Assembly (NCBI GenBank): GCA_001662655.1
Contig: KV460215.1
DNA: 64,000 nucleotides
Source: Pseudogymnoascus verrucosus
Lineage: Eukaryota
Reading direction: 5' to 3' (one strand)
In this document: positions 25,801 to 37,001 of the stretch, piece after piece
How positions within the stretch are numbered: position 1 is the stretch's first letter
How the letters are laid out: the number at the start of each line of letters is the position of its first letter
The notes under the pieces: generated by a model
The model's database searches: none
What the model was told of the DNA's origin: nothing
The model's input: only the letters and a program-made list of their open reading frames with translations
Program-made: the position numbers and the translations under genes

Positions 25801-26750
25801 CGCCATAAAGTATTTCGAAACTGTGCTCAGCCATGATACTGAGTAGTGTGTTATGGGTGAGTGGTAGATTCGCATTATACATGTAAATCTTCTTCATCGA
25901 TGTGAAGGCTCGAAAAACGCTGCTAATACCATGTGCATGGAATAGTGGTAACGTGATGAACCCTCGCATATTGAGGTTGTTTTCATAACTAGATTGATGG
26001 TTAGTTGTGGCCATGAACCTAAATTGAAGGAGCTTACTTCGTAAGAGCAGCCCTATGAGTTTGAAAAATTGGTTTTGGCAATCCAGTGGATCCCGATGAA
26101 TGGATAATCCAGCAAATTTTCAGAGCCTCAAGCTCGAGATCGAGATGATAATCCAGGCAAGTATCCTGGTCATTCTCTCGAGTTGTAAATGCGTAAGATG
26201 CCGGTTGGGCAATTGGATAAGCGCTTAAATCAGGCATTGTTTTCCGCAATCGCTCTGCGGTCGTAGAAAACGACTCGTGGATAATTATGTCTCGGCATTG
26301 TGTACTCTCCAACAACGACAGGTACGCAGCATCAGATAACCTTGTTGAGAGGAACATCACTGTGAAACCTGACTTGGTCAGTGCAAGCACTGAAATCAAA
26401 TAATCCAGATTAGATGGCCCAAGCAATGCCACCACCTTTTCTTTCTCAGCGGATGACCGTCTTTGCGTCGTGTGTTGGACATATTGCTGTCCGACACGAT
26501 ATGCAAACACATCAAGTTCCCTGTATGTGTATTCGACGTAGTCTGTATTGTGAACTGGGTATGCAAGGATTGGCTCTTCTGGTTGATGGAAAGCTCGGAG
26601 GCGCATCAACTCATCAATGGTATGTGGGACATGATTTGTTGTAAACGTTCGCTGTCGTCTAGAATAGACTAATGAAGTATCGACTGGTGACAAGAAGCTT
26701 TGTGACGAAATATGCTGGATGGTCGAGGAGTGAGCAATATCAGCCGCCAT
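22803..26750 (-). CDS. NRPS-like A-T-R (carboxylic acid reductase type) enzyme with fused C-terminal gluconokinase-like domain, 6 exons
   Basis: Exons 26750-26038, 25988-25647, 25586-25056, 25005-24540, 24489-24147, 24091-22803. A: HSSGSTGLPKP, YGTTETG, TKDL, RLDD..NGEKV, TDKGTVIR. T: LFSVGLDSL. R: TGATGSLG, GYAQSK. Kinase: GPCGAGKST, EGDQHH, LDDEDRWLWL, ACSALK.RYRD. Confidence 0.93.
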
Positions 26751-26953
26751 CGTTGCCGTAGATTGTTGTTGTGGTATTGGTTTATGGCGTTTGATATTCT
26801 TGACTACGCTCAACGATTTTGGCCCTGTCTTTATAGAAGGAGAAGATTCTATGTGGCCAAATTAAGATAAAAAAGTTTTACTCCAAAGATTTAGTTCATC
26901 TGGCTCGGAGTGGCTCGATGTCAAAAAAATGCGAGGGACTGATGGCTACTGGC

Positions 26954-27003
26954 GTGGGGTATTTCCGGCGTAGCGTTGTTTTCCGGATATTCGGAAATCC
27001 GGA
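26954..27003. promoter_or_regulatory. CGG-N5-CGG element and CreA-type site in the NRPS-like/MFS divergent promoter
   Basis: CGGATATTCGGAAA at 26984-26997, identical to 19881-19894. GTGGGG at 26954 and further CCGG triplets nearby. Confidence 0.65.
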
Positions 27004-27300
27004 CTTGCAAACTTTATACCAATACTCGGAGAAAAGCCTACAAGTGCTTGACATGCCTAGGTCTCCAGCACGCTTATTCTTCTCCGCAATTTCCTAGCGA
27101 AGTACCGACCATCTTCCCCGCAATCCAGTGGTGATGGCAGTGGCACTAGTTGGCTAGACTTCACGGATAACCATATTTCATGTACGCAGTATATAAGGTA
27201 AGGTCTTTGGACCTTATTTTTCCCCGCAATCTTAATTCCAATTGAGCATCTTTCAGTTTCACATACCGATACTTGGCATCAAGTTGCTTTCGTCGCCGAA

Positions 27301-29049
27301 ATGTCTAAGATTGATGTGCATGATGTTCAGTTAGTCGAGACAGTGACAACCACATCGGACGAGAAGCCTCTCGCGGCTGTTGACATTCGGGTCCCTCTAC
27401 CTAGTGAACTTATTCACCTTTCACTAGAGGAGCAGGACATCCTTGAAAAGCATATTGTTAAAAAAATGGACAGAAGACTGATGCCAATCATCATTGTCAT
27501 GTAAGAAACTCGCTCTATATATCACTTTGCGGCATTAACAAGAGTTCCTAGGTTTTGGTTGAATATTCTAGATAGAAATTCTATCGCCAACGCAAAGATT
27601 GCGGGACTCCCAAAAGACCTTAACATGAACAACGCGCAGTACAACACATGCCTTCTTATTTTCTATGTCGTACGTATCCCCATGACACTACTATGATTGC
27701 AAGCTTAAAAATGTACTAACTTCCTTCTAGGGCTATGTTCTCACCCAGCTTCCTAGCAATGCAATCCTGCCAATGGTTCGCCCGTCAATCTATATCCCAC
27801 TTGTCACTTGTGCATGGGGATTAATGAGCATGGCGCAAGGTTTCTTGCATAACTTCCAAAGCATTATGGTCGTGCGATTCTTCATCGGCGTTCTGGAAGG
27901 TCCTTTCTTCCCTGGGGTGATATTCCTTCTGTCTTGCTGGTACAAGAAAGAAGAGCTGGTAAAGCGCATAGCATTTCTCTATGGTACGTCTCATCGAAGA
28001 ACCGATCTATTCAATTCTCAAATACTAATTTGGCATGCAGCCGGAAATATCTTGTCGTCGTGTTTCGGAGGCCTCATCGCAGCTGGCATCATCGGAGGCA
28101 TGGAGGGGGTCGGCGGATATGCTGCCTGGCGTTGGCTATTCATAATTGAAGGTCTTGTGACAGTTGCGGTCGGCATTTTGGCCATGTTTCTGTTTCCCGA
28201 CTACCCAAGAACAACTCGCTGGCTCACTAAAGAGGAAGGACTCTTTGCTGAATGGCGTCTCGCGAATGAAGTTGCTGGTATCGTCGACGAAGACAGCTCT
28301 GGAATCTGGTGGGGAGTGTCACAGGCTCTACGCGACCCTCTTACTTACCTTTTCACCTTTATGCAAATGATGCTAACTACTGGCCAATCGTTCACTTACT
28401 TCTTGCCGTCAATTATCAAGACGCTGGGTTACAATAATACCATCACCCTCCTGCTCACTGCACCTCCTTATGCAGTTGCGTTTCTTGGGTCGGTTGCATT
28501 GGCATATTCGTCGTCTAAGAGGAAGGAGTTCTGCATGCACATCTGCTTTCCGCTTATCATCTCGGTTATTGGAAATATTCTCGCCATGACTGTTAATGGT
28601 ACCGGTGGGCGCTATTTTGCTATATTCTTGATGGCCTTTGGCGTCTACGTGTAAGTTTATTCCTCCAGAACAACACCACTTAATCACAAAAAACAACCTA
28701 ATAAACCCTCAGAGTATATAATGTTAACTACGCCTGGGTCTCATCGTCTATTCCCCGTCCCCGAGCTAAGCGCGCTGCATCATTAGCAATCATCAATTTG
28801 ATGTCCGGAGGTGCAACACACTTTTACACTTCATACCTATTCCCGGACAGTGACGCGCCCCGATACTACATGGGTGGTTCAGCGCTCACTGTTGCAGTGT
28901 TCTTTTGCGCTATGACCGCTATTACGATTCGTTTCTACTTAGCCAGACTAAACAAGAAGATTGAGGCTGCTGGTGGTGATGCGGAAGCTGCGCTCCGAGC
29001 TAACAAGGGACACACAGAGACGATGAAGGCTTTTAAATATCAATTGTAG
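27301..29049 (+). CDS. MFS transporter, allantoate permease / anion:cation symporter (Dal5/Tna1-like) family
   Basis: KMDRRLMP, LDRNSIANAKIAG, RFFIGVLEGPFFPG..LSCWYKKEELVKR, AWRWLFIIEG, LLTAPPY, DAPRY. Several short introns. Confidence 0.92.
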
Positions 29050-29205
29050 TCAGCTTATTAAGGTTTTATGACTAATATACAATATCCCCCGTGATATTTA
29101 CGATATTAAATTATTCTAGATTCTTTGTGGCTGTAGTTAGAATCCGTCATATGTGCATAACGTATTTCCCTTCATCAAAATACTACGAGTTTATGTACTG
29201 ATTTA

Positions 29206-30891
29206 CTAAGCCTGGTCAAATAGAGGCGACTCTTCCAACATGTCTAGAAAGTCTAGCAAGCCTGCTGTGTCTGATGACGGTGGTAGAGAGGTTTCTTGGT
29301 GTATAACTTGTTCCCGAGGGCTCATCAACACCCAGCATACTGTTCCAAAATATGGCATCGTTAGTTCAAGGCCGGCACCACTTTTCTTCATCCACGAATA
29401 GTTGGCGCCGTCAGCAACCTGCTCCTCAATTCCTACTAACTTCTTTAGGATCTCTACCTCGAAGTTTGGCACATGCATCTCTTCCAATAAGCTAAGAACA
29501 TTATTGACAAGTGCCAGGTCTTGAGGTCGCTGGTGTTCTAGCGAATTTGCTTGGCCAAGTCGATATCCGTCAATATGTGCAAGGAGTAATACACACATGG
29601 CCGTACAAGCCTTCTCTTCAAATCCGAAATACGAGCCTCCCCTGTGAAAGCTGCGGATCACGAGGAAGCGCAAGAGAACCTCACGACTCGCCGAGCAAAC
29701 GACCAATTTGCTATAGGAGACATGTTCGTTTGTCGTAGGAGAGACAAGTGATTTTACGATGTAGGGCTGGTGGAGGACCACTATGAGGTAGTGATGGGTT
29801 AGTTGTGCGGAGAGTGTCGAGGTCTTCTCCAGAACATCGGCTGCAGCTAGACCGTGTAGAGAGCTAAATGACCACCAATCGGATGGCAGGGACCGTGCTA
29901 CTTGCTTTAAGGAGTAGTCAATCTTCAGTGTCTCATCGTACTCCGGCTCCCCTTGCCGCTGCATGCGTAGATTTCGTGCGATTATACGCCCTGAGACCAC
30001 GACATGAATGTATTTTAATTTTGACAGTGCATCGCCTCGAGGATCTGAGAAGTTGTTGTCTTCCACGGCAAATGGAAGTCCTAATCTCAACGACATGTAG
30101 CGGTCTGCCATGAGGAGAAGAAACCATATGCCCTCCGCGCGGTCCGTCATCTCGGTCACACCTAGCCCTAACAGCTGGGCGATAGCTAGGGCTCGACGAA
30201 ATCTCAGCCAAGCAACACGCGGGTTTCCGTTGTTGATATGATAGGTTGCTTCCAGAGTCAGCGCTTCCAACCCATCTAGAGAGTTCATTAAGTCGTCTTT
30301 AGACATGACATGCTGTGATGCAATTTCAATATAGCGTGCAGCTTCGTCCACCTGACCATTTGATTGTTGCAAGCAGATTGCGAGTCGTATCAATCTGCGG
30401 GCGAACTGTACTGGATGAGCAGATGGAGGCGGTGGCTCCTGCTGCACAGCACCCACCGCCCGTCCTGTTGGGGTGGGCATCAGGGTAAACTTTCCATGCT
30501 CTATGATTACTGCAGTAGTCGCTGGCGGTGGGAGAATCGAGTACAGGTACCTTCCCACAGAGAAGCTGGAGATTGACTGTGGTACGCTAAGTAGCATTGT
30601 GCGATTTGGCGATTTGTTTTTTTGTTCCTGTTGACCACGCTGTCGTAGCAGCTGGTCAACAAGCGTCTCGACACGGTCAAGATTATTCTCCATCTGTCCA
30701 CGGCTTTCGCTTTCGCCTGCACTTTCGTTATCTACAACGAACTCCTGACTGACGCATAACAGCCCTCGTTGCTGACAGGACAGACACACAGAGCATGGCG
30801 GCGTAACTTCGCAGCGTATCTTGCGGCGTTTGCACTCCCAGCAGCTGAATGTTTTCTTTCGCACCTTTAGCCTCTTGAGTGGTCTTGACAT
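29206..30891 (-). CDS. Zn(II)2Cys6 transcription factor (single exon)
   Basis: RKKTFSCWECKRRKIRC..PCSVCLSCQQRGLLC, AIAQLLGL, DRYMSLRLGLP, LHQPY. Confidence 0.9.
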   Translation of the reverse strand: MSRPLKRLKVRKKTFSCWECKRRKIRCEVTPPCSVCLSCQQRGLLCVSQEFVVDNESAGESESRGQMENNLDRVETLVDQLLRQRGQQEQKNKSPNRTMLLSVPQSISSFSVGRYLYSILPPPATTAVIIEHGKFTLMPTPTGRAVGAVQQEPPPPSAHPVQFARRLIRLAICLQQSNGQVDEAARYIEIASQHVMSKDDLMNSLDGLEALTLEATYHINNGNPRVAWLRFRRALAIAQLLGLGVTEMTDRAEGIWFLLLMADRYMSLRLGLPFAVEDNNFSDPRGDALSKLKYIHVVVSGRIIARNLRMQRQGEPEYDETLKIDYSLKQVARSLPSDWWSFSSLHGLAAADVLEKTSTLSAQLTHHYLIVVLHQPYIVKSLVSPTTNEHVSYSKLVVCSASREVLLRFLVIRSFHRGGSYFGFEEKACTAMCVLLLAHIDGYRLGQANSLEHQRPQDLALVNNVLSLLEEMHVPNFEVEILKKLVGIEEQVADGANYSWMKKSGAGLELTMPYFGTVCWVLMSPREQVIHQETSLPPSSDTAGLLDFLDMLEESPLFDQA

Positions 30892-30945
30892 TGTTTTATT
30901 TGCTGAATTGAAAACTGAACAATTTAACTTATTATGGTTTCTGCT

Positions 30946-31260
30946 TAACGTATTTCACAAGCGAGTGAGCCACGAAAACACTAAAAATTGACTATTGCTA
31001 CTACTACTATTCTACTACCTTACATAATAACCCTTATTCGATTGTAATTAATTTCTAGCGCCTCTTACACGTACGAGCATTATGCCCTATATTACCAAAT
31101 GTGCCACATCGCTGCTGTTAGCCTATAGAACCCACCTGCTGAGTAGTCCTACTTACCACCTCTATATAGAGTCGAGCATTAACCTTAGCACTCTAAAGGA
31201 TATCCTCTCCCACTGTCCAGTTCTCTTTGCCATCTAGCGCGATAAAGCTGAACTCATGGG
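30946..31260 (-). mobile_element. 3' end relic of a Fot1/pogo-type DNA transposon
   Basis: TA followed by ACGTATTTCACAAGCGAGTGAGCCACG resembles Fot1/Pot2-class termini. Minus strand at about 31117-31061 encodes QQRCGTFGNIGHNARTCKR, a degenerate CX2CX4HX4C knuckle as at transposase C-termini, flanked by stops. Confidence 0.75.
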
Positions 31261-31421
31261 TAGGGTGGCGTTAGAAAGTGGTCTTGTTTCTGTCAATCAC
31301 AGGATAGTGGCCGTAGATTCTCACCAAGGGATGTCCTCGAATACCGGTTTAAGATGACTCTATGTGGATCTTGTTCAAAAATTGCCCGAATCTCTACCCT
31401 CCCACATATTAATAATACAAA

Positions 31422-32268
31422 TTAATACATAGCCCATCCTCCACTGGCACTCACAACCTGCCCAGTAACCCATCTACTCCCTTCGCTCGCCATCCACGAC
31501 ACAATCTGCGCAATATCATCGACCGTACCAATCCGATTCTGAACCGGTGTTGACGCCTTCTGCATCTCAACCGTCTCCTTCGGAATATTATCTATTAGCT
31601 GCGTCTGTACTGGGCCTGGGTTAACGCAATTTACTGTGTGTCCCTGAGCTCCGAGCTCGGCCGCCCAGCACCGCGTCAGACCTTCCAGTGCCGCCTTTGA
31701 GGAGCAGTATACGGAGAGGTTCTTGAAACCGGCACGCGCGCCGACGGAGCTGAGATTGATGATGCGACCAGGGGCGCGGAGGTGGGGGAGCACGGCTTGC
31801 GTTAGGAGGAGCGGTGCTCGGACGTTGAGGTCGTAAACGTAGGATAAGTCCGACGCGGTGATGTCTTGAAGGGGTTTGACGAGCTCGACGCCGGCGTTAT
31901 TGACAAGAATGTCGACTTTGGGACCGAATCTAGCGAGGGTAGCTTCAACGATTGCTTGTGCAGCGGATATTTGTCGCAGGTCGGCCTGGATCCCAATTGC
32001 ACTCGCGCCGTTGTCTAGATCGTTGATCTGAGAGATGAGCTCATCTACGCCTTTCGAGCTCCCTGGAGACGTGTATGTTATGACTATCTATTTCCGATGG
32101 GTCAGGATTAAATGTGCGAAGGAGAATATGATTGAAAGTCACCTTCGCACCGTGACGAGCCAGTTCAAGTGCTATTCCTGCCCCGATACCTCGAGATGCA
32201 CCAGTGACTATAGCAATCTTGTTCGCCAAGGATAGGGGGTTCGTCTCGTGCCTTGTATTAGAAGCCAT
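31422..32268 (-). CDS. Classical short-chain dehydrogenase/reductase (FabG-like)
   Basis: [51 protein letters not shown]. Intron 32142-32088. Confidence 0.93.
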
Positions 32269-32919
32269 GATATCGATGCTTTCGCTGGCGTAGCGTTGAG
32301 GATACAATATTCAATTCTTCGAGCTTTAAACTTGATTATAAAATGAATTGCAGCCCATGATGCTTCAGCCTCCATATATACTGTTGGTTCTGTAGTCGGA
32401 TTTTCGGGTTTGCACCTTATCTCCAGAACTCTGCTTTATCTCAGAGGTCCTCCTGGGCGCAAAGACCACAGCCTGGGCCCACATGACGTAGTGTGGCGTC
32501 GCTAGCGCCGCCAGGCATAACGGTACCGATTGCCAAGACAATAGTGTTCCAGATACCACGAAGTCCATCAACGAAACGGCGAATAAAACGAATTTAATCT
32601 GATGCACGAAATACGGACATACTGCGAATATCGGGAATACCGCAAATATCGGGAATTTTCGTCCGTATTGTACATGAGTAGGATTGTTTCACGAGAAACA
32701 TGTAAGGATAATAGCACTACACGCAGCAGACGAAGCGTGAACAATTACTATCACCGAGCAATCGGACTTTGCATGCACTATATAGATGCATGACTATGCC
32801 ACCTTCTTTAAATCCTAACTTCAAGAGCAATAATAACTGCAGTAGACGACACACCAATATCAGTATCAGCAATCAAACCTCAAATCATCTTCCTGCCCAT
32901 TAGGTCAATCTTCCTCACC

Positions 32920-33427
32920 ATGTCAATCTACGTAGTCGCAATCATCACCCCGGCGCCAGGCAAAGAAGAGTTGGTACGCCGTCCATTCTCCTAGGGGTCT
33001 TCTAACACTTAATTTCACCCTTCGTGGCTTACGTCCCCAACCTGAGAACTAACAATTCATGCTTACGAATAGGTCAAATCGCTCCTCGCCGACTTCGCCA
33101 ACACCGTTAAAACCAACGAGCCAAATGCAGTGAGATATCTTGTGTTGGAGCAATACGACGGTCACGAGGGTGAATTATGCAAGCTCGTTGTGCAGGAGAC
33201 TTGTATGTAATATCTTACTACAGCATAGATGATTATCGAATCATGGGATGCGGTCCAAGGTAACTGAAACTGATCTGAATACAGATCATACACAAGAAGC
33301 CTTCGATGAACATTTCAAGACAGAGCATTTCGCCGCGCTAGGGAAGTTGATTGGTGAGGGTGGGTTGCTAGCCAGGCCGCTGGATATCAAGAAGGTGAGG
33401 CCGTTTGGAGGATTTGAAAGCCGATAG
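32920..33427 (+). CDS. ABM (antibiotic biosynthesis monooxygenase / dimeric alpha-beta barrel) protein, 3 exons, absent from the ORF track
   Basis: Exons 32920-32973, 33073-33202, 33285-33427 give MSIYVVAIITPAPGKEELVKSLL..VKTNEPNAVRY..VVQETYHTQEAFDEHFKTEHF..GGFESR. Confidence 0.85.
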
Positions 33428-33429
33428 AC

Positions 33430-33690
33430 AAATTGGAGGCGAGGTGTGCGGCCGAGAAAGCACGAGATAGGAATCTCAGCGCCCCTTCGGTTCTTGCGCA
33501 GGGTGATGACATCTTTGCTATTCCAGGCACGACCAAGATCCATCGTCTGGCAGAAAATTTGGGCAGTATGTCAATTTCTTTGTCCTCGGAAGAGGAGAAA
33601 GCAGTCCGCGAGTTAGCTAAAGGTGTTATGGGAGGCCGAGTTCAAAAACTAATGGGCCATACTTTTGCTGATACACCGCAATTGGAAAAA
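33430..33690 (+). pseudogene. C-terminal fragment of an aldo-keto reductase (YakC-like)
   Basis: VLAQGDDIFAIPGTTKIHRLAENLGSMSISLSSEE...FADTPQL. The N-terminal barrel is absent and there is no ATG start. Confidence 0.75.
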
Positions 33691-34269
33691 GTGTGGGGAT
33701 GCACCTTAAGGTTTTGCAGAAGTAATCCTACCCTGCCATTTCATCCATAGTCTTAGTTATGAAGATATTTACATCCTCGGCAATTTAAAGTTACATTAAC
33801 TATGCTGTTAGTAGTATTGTTTATTATCACTTCCAACACTTTAATCACGTGGTTACGTAGCGAAAAGGTGTGGTTTCCGAGCGCGAACCAAACTTGTAGA
33901 ATTCTATGGGGCTACGGCCTTTACTTATGCCGTGGCCCCTAAGCTACTCTACCGTACGAAACCATGCCCGTACACATAAGGTTTCAGGAAGTTGGTGCCT
34001 TAGGGGCCTGATTCCTAGGGCCGGAATTACAAAGGGTGCCATATGCGCCAATTGCTAACATACCTCGGGAATTATGAGTACTCGGGAATTACCCCTGTAG
34101 CACTTCCCCCCCGCACAAATGCGGGGAGCCAAGGTGACTTAACTCCATTCCCGCGGCAGACCAGGATGTCATCCACCCCGACTCGATTGATATAATGATG
34201 TGCTACCCGCGGCAAGGTAAGCTAAATACAAATCCTCCTACAATCTCAACAAAACCTTGAATCGCCACG

Positions 34270-35618
34270 ATGAACTTTGATATTCCCCCCGATCTCAAAG
34301 AGTTCCTCTCTTCTCTGGACAGCTTCATAGAGAGAGAAATAGCTCCGCTTCAAGCTCAGGACGACAACGAGCGCTTCTTCGACCATCGTCGGGAACATAG
34401 CCGTACTGATTGGGAAAATGATGGCCTTCCGCGCCCAGAATGGGAGGCATTGCTCACTGAAGCCCGGCGCCGAGCTGACAAAGCTGGCTTCTACAGATTA
34501 TCACTTCCGGTCGAGTACGGCGGGCAAAATAAAGGCAATCTCTGGATGAGCGTCATAAGAGAACATCTGGCAGCGAAAGGTCTAGGCCTATTCAATGACT
34601 TGCAAAACGAGCACTCCGTCGTAGGCAACTTCCCCACCATTGTCATGCTTCTTAGCTTCGGCAATGAGGCTCAGAGGAAGGAGTTTATTCCAGGCCAGCT
34701 TGCCGGCAAAGTGATCATGACATTCGGCCTGACAGAGCCAGACCATGGTTCTGATGCCACGCATCTCGAGACTGTGGCGAAACCAGAAACTAGAAACGGT
34801 GTGAAAGGTTTCGTTCTCAATGGTCGAAAGAAATGGCAAACCGGCATGCATGTTGCAACGCATTGCATTCTCTTCGCGCGGACCTCTGGGCGTGCTGGCT
34901 CGACTAACGGCATTACGGCATTTATCGTGCCTGCTAAAACCCCAGGCATCAAAGTCGAGAGCTATGAGTGGACTTTCAATATGCCAACAGACCACGCAAC
35001 CATCTCACTAAACGATGTATGGGTGCCATCGACGGCAATCTTCGGGCCACCAACATCGGGCCTCAGCGTTGCCCAGGCATTCCTCCACGATAACAGGATC
35101 AGACAGGCGGCGAGTAGTCTTGGTGCCGCGACATTCTGTATCCAGGAGTCCATTAAGTACGCTAAGGAGAGGAAGCCGTTTGGAAAGGCGTTAGCGTGGA
35201 ACCAAGGGATCCAGTTTCCGCTCGTGGAGCTGCTGACGCAGACGGAGATGCTGAGGTTGCTGATCCGCAAGACAGCGAATGATATGGATAGTATGCCACA
35301 CAGGGACGTGGAGAAGAAGTTGACGGACAAGGTGAGCATGTGTAATTATTGGGCGAATAGGCTGTGCTGCGAGAGTGCAGACCGTGCTATACAGGTAAGT
35401 TCTCTCAGTCTGGGATAATGATATAGGGGCTGATTGAATGAAAGGTTCATGGCGGTGTCGGCTACAGCAGGCATAAACCCTTTGAGCATATTTACCGGCA
35501 CCATAGGCGCTACCGTATTACCGAGGGTTCTGAGGAGGTTCAGATACGGAAGGTGGCATTTAAAGTCTTTGGGCTCTCGGAGTTAGCGAAGGCCCAGAAA
35601 CAGGCCGCAAAGCTGTAA
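34270..35618 (+). CDS. Acyl-CoA dehydrogenase with peroxisomal PTS1 (-AKL)
   Basis: FGLTEPDHGSDA, LNGRKKW, ERKPFGK, QGIQF. Intron 35394-35444, then VHGGVGYS...YRITEGSEEVQ...QAAKL*. FarA-type CCTCGG at 34063. Confidence 0.92.
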
Positions 35619-37001
35619 GTTTGGAAACTATGCAACATTGTATGTCTTGAATATATATAGAATTATGATAAGTTACAATGATGTACGATGAAATTAATCG
35701 AGGTGAAATGAGGTATAGAGCTCGGGTATTTATTGATGTGGGGTAGATGTGACAATGCCTGGCTAGGGAAATCCCATACAATCCTAAGGACAATGCTTCC
35801 CAACCATCATTTTAAGCTTTGATAGCCTGAAACAGAGTGTAAAGATAACTATACCATATCGATTGAAGAGTTATATCGCATCTCGAGCTATGCGCCTTTT
35901 GTCGTATAATACCAAGGGTAAGCTGGAAGCAAATTAATAACACGGCCCCCCTACCCTTGCTAATCCATTTTTGGATAGTACGCTGTCAAATGTGCATCTA
36001 TTCGTACTTGGCAGGTTAAGACAGGGAACAAGCTGGATGTAGGTCCCCCCCCAAACCTCGGGTGACCCAGAAATGCTCCACTTATTAAGTAGGGGGGTCA
36101 GCCGGCCTCTGCCAAGACCATATTACTAACATGACATAGTTAGGTTAGGTTAGAACTACTATATAATAGAGCGTAATTCTAGTAAAGTTGTAAAGTATGC
36201 ATTCTAATAGTAATTATAGTAGTGTTCTTTGCAGTATTCGGTTTACAAGTACGATGCAGACTATGCCTACCTATGCTATCTTCTCAACCTAAGCAACATA
36301 GCTATGTCGAGTCGCGGGACATCTATCTATGGAACTGATTTGAAAAGGAATATATTCAATGAGGGTGGTGCCACCGGCACACCCGTTACAGTGGCTCTGA
36401 TTACTTATCGCAAATAAATGTCTCAAAACAAACAATAGGAACATACAACAGTGGAGCCTACTTAAGCAAGTTAATGTAAAAGACGGTGGTTGCAGTGTAG
36501 CACCCATGTCTATGGATTGATAATCGCTTTTGAAGCGTAAATCGGCTTGGCACACTCTCCGTAGGGGTGCCGAATGCTTAAGTAGAGATTAAATTCATAT
36601 CTACTTGACAGGCTACACTTGGCAGGGCCCAATTTGCCAGTAATCTGCCGTGTTTCACCGAGTTTCCCGAGTTTAGTTACTTTGCACTACATAAGCACTA
36701 CATGAGTTTAGGGTCACAATTGTGACGTTATGTAAGAAATTTTCATTTGTCAGCACCTCGTCTTTACAAATCACATACCGGATTGAGCACCTTATGACGA
36801 TATGAGAACTACTATCTCATCATTAGAAGCTTCATATCTGGTTATGGCCTTGTCTAAGTATATATGTTATCTCAAATACGGTAGGTACGACGTGTTCCAC
36901 AAAGTCTCTTGCCATCTCGCACATATCCAATTTCAACCATCTGGCTCTCACATTGACAGTGCGTCTTACCATTGATATTTTACATCCAATCCATTATAGT
37001 C

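Noticed and set aside
36138..36153. Interstitial telomere repeat
   Set aside because: The unit is TAGGT/TTAGG rather than TTAGGG, with only about three copies.
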